From Frankiaceae bacterium (lineage in GTDB: Bacteria; Actinomycetota; Actinomycetes; Frankiales; Frankiaceae): a DNA stretch of 38,446 nt. Positions 1 through 6,376 of the stretch are shown one piece after another. Numbering within the stretch: the stretch's first letter is position 1; every line of letters starts with the position of its first letter. The position numbers and the translations under genes are program-made. A model generated the notes under the pieces. It did no database searches, had not been told where the DNA came from, and was given only the letters and a program-made list of their open reading frames with translations. The stretch covers positions 1 to 38,446 of the forward strand of contig JADGOW010000001.1 of assembly GCA_017882765.1 (NCBI GenBank), read 5' to 3'.

Positions 1-579
1 CGCCTCGTGCTCCATGGTGATGTTCCCCTCCTCATCCGCGGTCGTGCCGCGGATGAGGGCCACGTTGATGGGGAACGCCGGGTAGAACAGGTACTCGACC
101 CCGTCGATGTGCATGAGCCGGACGATGTCCTTGGTAGTCCGCGAATTGACCCTCCCGCCCTCGATCCGTGGATCCACGAAGGTCCCCAGGCCTACGCGGC
201 TGATGGTGCCGGGCTTGCCCGCCGCGATGTCCCGGTACAGGTGGGTAATGACCCCCATCGGAAGGCAGTAGGCCTCGATGCTGTTCTCCATGGCGAGGCG
301 GCCGAGCGCAGGCGCGAGCCCCCAGTGCCCGCCGATGCACCGGCGGATCAGGCCGGCCCGCGCGAAATGGTTGAGGCCGCGCGTTCTCCGGTCGCCCTGA
401 CCGGCGGCAAAGACCAGCGTGAGGTCGCGGGGGGCACCGGTTTCCAGAAAGCGATTCTCGAGGGCGACAGCGAGCTCCTCGGGCACGCCGGCCGCGACGA
501 AACCGCCGACCGCCACGGTGTCCCCGTCCAGGATCACCTTCGCGGCATCGGCCGCACTGATCAGCTTGTTCCGGCTCAC
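1..579 (-). CDS. Acyl-CoA:acetate/propionate CoA-transferase (YdiF/Pct-type family I CoA-transferase); N-terminal 193 codons, gene continues past the left edge
   Basis: Manual minus-strand translation from GTG at 579..577 is stop-free to position 1: [63 protein letters not shown]...[56 protein letters not shown]...[18 protein letters not shown]. This matches the conserved N-terminal half of YdiF/propionate CoA-transferase proteins as I remember them. It is absent from the ORF track because it has no stop in the window. Its GTG overlaps the hypA stop (GTGA). Confidence 0.8.
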   Translation of the reverse strand, partial: MSRNKLISAADAAKVILDGDTVAVGGFVAAGVPEELAVALENRFLETGAPRDLTLVFAAGQGDRRTRGLNHFARAGLIRRCIGGHWGLAPALGRLAMENSIEAYCLPMGVITHLYRDIAAGKPGTISRVGLGTFVDPRIEGGRVNSRTTKDIVRLMHIDGVEYLFYPAFPINVALIRGTTADEEGNITMEHEA

Positions 580-998
580 GTCGAGGCCTCGTCTTCCGCC
601 GCGGGGCGACCAGCTTCCCACTCCAGCACAGTGACCTCCGCGGCAGGTCCGACGACGAGCGCGTCCGCGCCGCACGACGGGCACACCGACAGCCGGCCGC
701 CCGTGAACTCGCGCTGGCAGTCCAGGCACACCAGGACGTCGTCCACCCGCACCCAGTCCACGCGTGCTCGTGCCACCGCGGTTCCGGACGCGGCGACGGC
801 CCACGCGGCCTCAGCCGCCGCGCGGTTCACCCCCGGCCCGACCCCGAGCACGACGCGAGCCAACGGGCTGGCGACGGGGGTGGGCTTGCTGGCCCCGCTT
901 ACTGCCTCCCGCAGGACCGCCTCCCGCAGTGCCGCCTCCCGCAGGGCGGCCTCGTGCAATGCCGCCACGGTCGCTGCCATCAGCCCGCGCTCATGCAT
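576..998 (-). CDS. hypA: [NiFe]-hydrogenase nickel-insertion/maturation protein HypA
   Basis: Internal ATG (998..996) of ORF 576..1091. The product starts MHE (the HypA N-terminal Ni-binding motif) and ends with a CxxC...CxxC zinc site (VCLDCQREF...[24 protein letters not shown]) in HypA-like spacing; 140 aa. The start overlaps the protease stop (ATGCATGA). Contains an EAALR x3 repeat. Confidence 0.7.
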   Translation of the reverse strand: MHERGLMAATVAALHEAALREAALREAVLREAVSGASKPTPVASPLARVVLGVGPGVNRAAAEAAWAVAASGTAVARARVDWVRVDDVLVCLDCQREFTGGRLSVCPSCGADALVVGPAAEVTVLEWEAGRPAAEDEAST

Positions 999-1497
999 CG
1001 CCGACCCCCCATTCCCGCAGGAGTGCCCGCGCAGCCTTGACGAGCGCCCCCAACTGCCACCAGACGACCTGGCTGAGGCCGTAGCCGACATCGAGGCAGG
1101 CCGGCACCATCCCCACCACGGCCAGCTTTTCCGGCCGGCACCCGGCCAGCTCGGCGGTCACGATCGCCTCCGGCACGCCGATCTGGTGCGCCGCCAGGAG
1201 CATGTTGTGCGCGCGAGGCACCTCCTCGCCGCGGAGGACGACGAGGTCCCCCGGCGTCGCGTCGTCCACGGCGACCGCGTCGAGGATCAGGACTGCGTGC
1301 CGGCCGGCGATCGTGGGCAGCAGAGCCAGGCCGGGCGTGCCCGCCTCCACCACCTCGACGCCGGGCAGCGAACACCGTGACAGCTGCCGGGCGGCCACCA
1401 CCCCGAGCCCTTCATCGGTGAGCAGTTCGTTGCCGACACCGAGAACAACCACGGGCGGGACAGGCTCCGACCATCCGTTCCCACGGATGATGTTCAC
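991..1497 (-). CDS. [NiFe]-hydrogenase maturation endopeptidase (HyaD/HybD/HupD family)
   Basis: C-terminal 168 aa of ORF 991..2277: VVVLGVGNELLTDEGLGVVAARQL...EAGTPGLALL...ILDAVAV...AAHQIG, the typical GVGN / DGGT-like / DAV / HQ pattern. The GTG at 1497..1495 overlaps the cytochrome b stop (GTGA). Confidence 0.85.
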   Translation of the reverse strand: MNIIRGNGWSEPVPPVVVLGVGNELLTDEGLGVVAARQLSRCSLPGVEVVEAGTPGLALLPTIAGRHAVLILDAVAVDDATPGDLVVLRGEEVPRAHNMLLAAHQIGVPEAIVTAELAGCRPEKLAVVGMVPACLDVGYGLSQVVWWQLGALVKAARALLREWGVGDA

Positions 1498-2420
1498 AGC
1501 CGCTCCTTCGGGACCGTCTTGTACCCGGTGACCATGGACGAGACGAGCCCACTGCGTTCCTCGTGGTCGACGAGAATCGCCGAATACACATGGTGAATGA
1601 CAAACCCGAGTGTGAGCCACATGATCAAATGGTGGACAAACCGCACCGTGGAAATAGACGTGATGGCGAAGACCCAATGGAAGAATGTCCAGAGGAGGCT
1701 GCCCCGCCCGGTTTCCAGCGACTTCAGGGCCAGGCCTGTGATGCTTTCGACGACCAGCATGCTGATCAGGAGGAGGTAGGTCAGGCCGGCGAGGGGATTG
1801 TGCCCGACTACCGGCGGGGGTTCCCGACGAAGGAAGCCGTAGTACTTCAGCGACGGGCCGACGAGGTCGCGGCGGGACCGGCGGAACGGGACGAACTGGT
1901 CGAAGCGCTCGTAGCGATTGCCCGAGAACATCCAGATGACGCGGGCAATCAGCAAAGCGATGAGGATCAGACCTGTTGCGTAGTGAACGGCCTTGACCCC
2001 GGTCATCGTCACGGTGCCCAGCGGGAACCACTGTGGATTGCCGACGTAGAAGCCGGTGACGCTCAGCACCAGGATAGAAATCGCCAAGCCCCAATGGATC
2101 AGCCGGGTTGGCAGCTGCCAGACGCGCAAGGTGACCAGTTCCGGTTGCGCCCCGGGCTGCCCGGGGGGCACGCCTTCGGCGTGCCCTTGCGCGGCGGGCA
2201 GGGGGCCGGCGCGCCGGGTCTCGGGGGGAACCGGCCCGGCGCGCCGGGGCGCGGGGGCCACCGGCCCAGTGACCCACGGCTGGGGTGGAATGAACGGAGT
2301 TGACTGGAATTGGGGCTGCTGAAACTGCGCGGAGGACCGAGACCGGCGCCGGGCAAGAGCCCGCCGCCGGGGCGCTGGCGCACCGGTGTAGCCGTAGGGG
2401 TCACCGCCGTGGGAGGTCAT
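1494..2420 (-). CDS. Ni/Fe-hydrogenase b-type cytochrome subunit (HyaC/HupC family) with Pro/Arg-rich N-terminal extension
   Basis: Part of ORF 1494..2744. The core RLIHWGLAISILVLSVTGFY...VHYATGLILIALL...GHNPLAGLTYLLL...RFVHHLIMWLTLGFVIHHVYSAIL shows four TM helices with conserved His, as in HyaC. The ATG at 2420..2418 overlaps the large-subunit stop (ATGA), giving 308 aa. Confidence 0.85.
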   Translation of the reverse strand: MTSHGGDPYGYTGAPAPRRRALARRRSRSSAQFQQPQFQSTPFIPPQPWVTGPVAPAPRRAGPVPPETRRAGPLPAAQGHAEGVPPGQPGAQPELVTLRVWQLPTRLIHWGLAISILVLSVTGFYVGNPQWFPLGTVTMTGVKAVHYATGLILIALLIARVIWMFSGNRYERFDQFVPFRRSRRDLVGPSLKYYGFLRREPPPVVGHNPLAGLTYLLLISMLVVESITGLALKSLETGRGSLLWTFFHWVFAITSISTVRFVHHLIMWLTLGFVIHHVYSAILVDHEERSGLVSSMVTGYKTVPKERL

Positions 2421-4132
2421 TGCACGCGCACCTGCGCCAGCGGCCGGCCGTTGGCGTCCAGCAGGTGGGCCGCGCAGGCCATACAGGGGTCGAAGGAATG
2501 CAAGACGCGCAGCACCTCCAGCGGCCGCTCGGGATCGGCCACCGGCGTGCCCACGAGGGCTGCTTCGTAGGCGCCGGGATTCCCGTCTCCGTCCCGCGGG
2601 CTGGCGTTCCAGGTGGATGGCACGACTGCCTGGTAGTTTTCGATGCGCTGATCGGAGATGACGATCCAGTGCGAAAGCCCGCCGCGGGGCGCTTCGACGA
2701 ATCCGGCTCCCTGGGCATGCGCCGGCCAGGAAGACGGGTCCCATTTGCCCCCGGCGAAGATGCTCAGGTCCCCGCCGCGCACGTTCGCTTCGAGCGCGTC
2801 CAGCAACTCCAGGGTGTAGCGGGCCATGAGCAGCGTCTCGAGCCCGCGGGACAGGGTTCGGCCGAGCACCGAGGGCAGTACCGCCGGGGTCGCGCCGAGC
2901 TCGCGGAGGGCACCGGCCACCAGCGGCCGGATCCGGCGGTCACCCTGCGTATAGCCGATCACCATGCGGGCGAGGGGACCGACCTCCACCGCCAGGCCGT
3001 CGTAGCGCGGCGCCTTGAGCCAGCTGTACTTCGAGTCGACGTCCAGGTACTCATACGGCGGATCGGGCCCCGTGTAGTGCGGATTCGTCTCGCCGTCGAA
3101 GGGCGACAGCGCCGTGGCGTCCCCTTGCGGGTAGGTGAACCAGGCCCGCGCCACGTCCTCCGCGATGAGCGCCGGGTCCACCGGTTCGACGTGCGAACCG
3201 CCGTTTCTGATCACTCCGCTGGGAAGGACGCCCCCGCCGGCGAGCTGCCCCGGCGGCACGGGATCGCGCGCCATGTCGCCGAAGGCGAGGTAGCTGTCCA
3301 GCCCGCCGCCGATCTTCGTCCACTCCGGGTAGGCCTTCGCGATGGCGAGCAGGTCAGGAAGGTAGGCCTGCTGGACGAAGTCCAGTCCCTTCTGGAACAG
3401 CTCGCGCAGGGCCTGGAACGTGCTGGCGTTGATCGCATCCTCACTGTTGAGGTCGATGGGGCTGGCCATCCCGCCGACCAGGTAGGTCTGAGGGTGCGGG
3501 CTCTTACCACCGAGGATGGCGTGAGCGCGCGCGTAGTCACGCTGGAACTCCAGGGCGTCGAGGTAGTGGCTGACCGCCAGCAGGTCCACCTCCGGCGGCA
3601 GGGTCATCGCCGGGTGGCCCCAGTAGCCGCCGCTGAACGGGCCGAGCCGCCCGCCCTGCACGAAGGCTTGCAGCCGCTTGCGCACCGCCGAAAAGTGCGT
3701 GGCGCTCGACTGCGGGTAGTCCGACAGCGACTGGGCGAGGGCGGCCGTCCGCTTGGGGTCGGCCTTCAACGCGCCGGTGACGTCCACCCAGTCCAGCGCG
3801 TGCAGATGGTAGAAGTGCACCACGTGATCATGGACGTACTGGCTGGCGGAAATGAGGTCGCGCAGCAGCCTGGCGTTCAGCGGCGGGGTGATCTCCAGCG
3901 CGGCCTCGACCGCGCGAACGGAGGCGAGCGCGTGCACCGTCGTGCAGACGCCACAGATGCGCTGCGCGAAATACCAGGCGTCCCGCGGGTCGCGCCCGAC
4001 GAGGATCTTCTCCAGGCCGCGCCACATGGTCGTGGAAGACCACGCTTTGGCGACCTTGCCGCCGTCGAGCTGCGCCTCGACGCGCAGATGGCCCTCGATG
4101 CGGGTGACCGGGTCGATGACGATACGGCTCAC
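2417..4132 (-). CDS. [NiFe]-hydrogenase large subunit, group 1 (membrane-bound uptake type)
   Basis: 571 aa. N-terminal motif RICGVCTTVHALAS and C-terminal motif DPCMACAAH followed by a 15-residue tail (the protease substrate). Collinear along its length with E. coli HyaB as I recall it. The GTG at 4132 overlaps the small-subunit stop (GTGA). Confidence 0.95.
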   Translation of the reverse strand: MSRIVIDPVTRIEGHLRVEAQLDGGKVAKAWSSTTMWRGLEKILVGRDPRDAWYFAQRICGVCTTVHALASVRAVEAALEITPPLNARLLRDLISASQYVHDHVVHFYHLHALDWVDVTGALKADPKRTAALAQSLSDYPQSSATHFSAVRKRLQAFVQGGRLGPFSGGYWGHPAMTLPPEVDLLAVSHYLDALEFQRDYARAHAILGGKSPHPQTYLVGGMASPIDLNSEDAINASTFQALRELFQKGLDFVQQAYLPDLLAIAKAYPEWTKIGGGLDSYLAFGDMARDPVPPGQLAGGGVLPSGVIRNGGSHVEPVDPALIAEDVARAWFTYPQGDATALSPFDGETNPHYTGPDPPYEYLDVDSKYSWLKAPRYDGLAVEVGPLARMVIGYTQGDRRIRPLVAGALRELGATPAVLPSVLGRTLSRGLETLLMARYTLELLDALEANVRGGDLSIFAGGKWDPSSWPAHAQGAGFVEAPRGGLSHWIVISDQRIENYQAVVPSTWNASPRDGDGNPGAYEAALVGTPVADPERPLEVLRVLHSFDPCMACAAHLLDANGRPLAQVRVQ

Positions 4133-5388
4133 GTTCGGCCCCGTCCGGGAAGGCTCGGACTGCTCGGCGTGGCCTGGTCGGGGAGCGTGATGACGCCGGG
4201 CGGGCCCGTCCCGTCACCGGGGCCCGAGCCGTCGCCCCGCTGTCCCACCCTGCGCTGGATCGCCTTGCCCACCCCGTGCAGGGCGAACCCGGCCGCGGTG
4301 ACCGCGACCACGGTCAGCCCGATCTTCTCCGCTGTGGCGTTGACGCCGAAGCCCGCAACGTGCGGCAGCCGGTCGTAGAAGGGGGTCATGGTGTCCCAGA
4401 AGGCCGGTTCCGCGCACCCCACGCAGCCATGACCCGCCCCGATGGGCCAGTTGGTGGACCCGTTCCACTGGATCGACGGGCAGTTGTGGTAGCTGCTCGG
4501 GCCCTTGCACCCCAACCGGTACAGGCACCAGCCCTCGCGATGCCCCTCGTCTCCCCACTCCACGGCGAACTGGCCGGCGTCGAAGTGGCCCCGGCGCGGG
4601 CAGTTGTCGTGAATGCGGTCGCCGTACGCGAACAGCGGGCGGCCCAGCTCGTCGCGGGCCGGCAACGCACCGAACGTCAGGAAATGCACGAGCGTGGCAG
4701 TGAGATTGTCGACATTCACCGGACAGCCCGGCAGGTTCACGATGGGCACGCCCGAGACCACGTCGGAGACCGCGACGGCGTCGGTCGGGTTCGGCTTCGC
4801 CGCCGGCAGCCCCCCGAAGGCGGAACACGTCCCCACGTTGATGATGGCGGCCGCACCGGACGCCGCTTTCTGCAGATGGTCGATCGCGCTGCGGCCCCCC
4901 ACACAGCAGTAGGCACCGCGAGCGCCCCGAGGCACCGAGCCTTCGACCACGAGCAGGTAGCCGTCCGCGCGCAAGGCCGCTGCCAGCGCATCCTCCGCCT
5001 GGTGACCCGCCCCCGACATGATCGTCTCTTGGTAGTCGACCGAGACGAGGTCGAGGATCAGCGATGCCAGCGCGGGGTTCCGTGCCCGTAGCAGCGACTC
5101 CGTGTCCCCGGCGCAGTCCTGGAATTCGAACCACACCAAGCTGGGCTTGGTCTGGGCGTCCAGGGTCGCGGCCACGCGCCTGGTCAGGGTGGTCGGCAGG
5201 GCGAGCATCGCCGTCAGCCCCGCGCAGTACTTCACGCAGGAGCGCCGTTCCACCGAGAACCCCGCCAATCGGGCAGCGAGCGGGAGCTCCTCTTCCGGCC
5301 CGGTGGGCCCCTGCGAGACACCAGGCACAGCCGCCTGTGTTTGCGCAGGTGGCCGCTGCTGAGGAATGGGGGTCATACGGTCGGCCAT
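4129..5388 (-). CDS. [NiFe]-hydrogenase small subunit with Tat signal and C-terminal membrane anchor
   Basis: Part of ORF 4129..5484. I prefer the ATG at 5388 (GGAGG 4 nt upstream); an alternative ATG is at 5376. Twin-arginine signal ERRSCVKYCAGLTAMLAL. Fe-S motifs GTCSAFGG, PGCP, RIHDNCPRRGHFDAG, CLYRLGCKGP, GHGCVGC. C-terminal TM helix IGLTVVAVTAAGFALHGVG plus tail. Confidence 0.9.
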   Translation of the reverse strand: MADRMTPIPQQRPPAQTQAAVPGVSQGPTGPEEELPLAARLAGFSVERRSCVKYCAGLTAMLALPTTLTRRVAATLDAQTKPSLVWFEFQDCAGDTESLLRARNPALASLILDLVSVDYQETIMSGAGHQAEDALAAALRADGYLLVVEGSVPRGARGAYCCVGGRSAIDHLQKAASGAAAIINVGTCSAFGGLPAAKPNPTDAVAVSDVVSGVPIVNLPGCPVNVDNLTATLVHFLTFGALPARDELGRPLFAYGDRIHDNCPRRGHFDAGQFAVEWGDEGHREGWCLYRLGCKGPSSYHNCPSIQWNGSTNWPIGAGHGCVGCAEPAFWDTMTPFYDRLPHVAGFGVNATAEKIGLTVVAVTAAGFALHGVGKAIQRRVGQRGDGSGPGDGTGPPGVITLPDQATPSSPSLPGRGRT

Positions 5389-5525
5389 GCCGCCTCCCCT
5401 GTCGCCGGCTGGCTTGCGACCCGGGAACCTACGTGCTCCGGCAGCACCGGCTGAGGGCCATTGGACCCGAGGAGACGGGGTCATCGGGACTTAACGCAGC
5501 GTTCATCGCGGGCAACAGTCGGGGC

Positions 5526-5978
5526 GTGACACAGGATCTGCCGGATCTGCGCACCCCGGCGCCCGCCCCGCCGCCTGAGGCGGCCGAAGACTTCGCCGAG
5601 CAGGTGCTCACGGCGTTCGAGAGCGTGTACCACCGTTTCTTTCGGGGGGACCCCGTCGCGAATCCCCGCCTTCGGGTCGAGACCGTGGCCCCCGCCGTCG
5701 TTCTCGACACCATGACGGTCGTGTTGGTGACCCCCTGGACGCTCAACGGCCTGTTCTGCCCGCCCTCCACGGCCGTCCCACCGGAATGGCTCGACGTGTC
5801 AGGGCGGCCGCGGCGGGTCTTCCCCGGACAGATCGAAGGCGTCGGGCGCTATCTGTCGGTGCACCTGCTGCCCGATGTCTCCCACCTGCAGTCCCCCCAG
5901 CAGGTTCGCACGATGGCGGCGGCCTTCGCGGGACCGTTCGGCGCCTCCGTGCGGCAGTGGCGCACCGAGGACCGGTGA
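5526..5978 (+). CDS. hybE: [NiFe]-hydrogenase assembly chaperone, HybE family
   Basis: 3' part of ORF 5064..5978. VVLVTPWTLNGLFCP and GVGRYLSVHLLPDVSHLQSP align with E. coli HybE segments (VITPWMLSAVIFP, GVSQYLSCSLMSPLSH). The start is uncertain: GTG 5526 was chosen because it leaves a 137-bp divergent promoter region, but an upstream in-frame GTG near 5433 is possible. Confidence 0.7.
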   Translation: MTQDLPDLRTPAPAPPPEAAEDFAEQVLTAFESVYHRFFRGDPVANPRLRVETVAPAVVLDTMTVVLVTPWTLNGLFCPPSTAVPPEWLDVSGRPRRVFPGQIEGVGRYLSVHLLPDVSHLQSPQQVRTMAAAFAGPFGASVRQWRTEDR

Positions 5979-5982
5979 CCTC

Positions 5983-6258
5983 ATGTGCCTTGGGATACCC
6001 GGCCGGATCCTCGATGTCGAGACGGGAGCCGAGACAGGGACTGTGGCAATGGCGGGGGTGGCAATGGCGCGGGTGGACATGGGCGGCGTCCAGCGCGACG
6101 TCTGCCTCGCCTACGTACCGGAGGCAACAGTCGGCGACTATGTGCTCGTCCACGTCGGGTTCGCCGTGAGACGCATGGAGGCGGCAGAGGCGCAGGGCAC
6201 CCTCGCATTGCTGCGCAGCGCAGGAGTCGACCTGAATGACGGCGGCGCCCCAGCGTGA
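5983..6258 (+). CDS. hypC: Hydrogenase maturation chaperone HypC/HupF family
   Basis: Internal ATG of ORF 5875..6258. The product starts MCLGIPGRILDV (the invariant N-terminal Cys motif) and contains VLVHVGFA...EAEA; 91 aa. It starts 4 nt after the hybE stop. Confidence 0.85.
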   Translation: MCLGIPGRILDVETGAETGTVAMAGVAMARVDMGGVQRDVCLAYVPEATVGDYVLVHVGFAVRRMEAAEAQGTLALLRSAGVDLNDGGAPA

Positions 6259-6278
6259 ACGGCGGCGCCCCAGCGTGA
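6239..6278. repeat. Perfect 20-bp tandem duplication (acggcggcgccccagcgtga x2) spanning the hypC stop codon
   Basis: Read directly: 6239-6258 and 6259-6278 are identical. The first copy holds the last hypC codons plus TGA. Confidence 0.9.
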
Positions 6279-6310
6279 GTGGTGGCACCCGTCACCTGAG
6301 GGGTTGTGGC

Positions 6311-6361
6311 GGCGCCGTCACGTGAGGTTGACGGCGCCGACAGCTCAGTGCCGGCGCCGTC
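6311..6361. terminator. Two overlapping GC-rich hairpins between convergent hypC and the PrpE-like ligase gene
   Basis: GGCGCCGTCA (6311-6320) pairs with TGACGGCGCC (6329-6338). Alternatively GACGGCGCCG (6330-6339) pairs with CGGCGCCGTC (6352-6361). The stems are 10 bp and mutually exclusive. No U-tract. Confidence 0.5.
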
Positions 6362-6376
6362 CGGCCTCCGACCGGA

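Noticed and set aside
2300-4378. 692-aa plus-strand ORF opposite the hydrogenase large and small subunit genes. Similar long antisense ORFs occur at 7..1380, 6710..8311, 17506..19053, 19169..20494, 29965..31548 and 32806..34398.
   Set aside because: Each lies antisense to a gene with unmistakable conserved motifs. Their translations are Arg/Gly/Pro/Ala-rich low-complexity strings with no motifs. Stop-free antisense frames are expected at this GC content.
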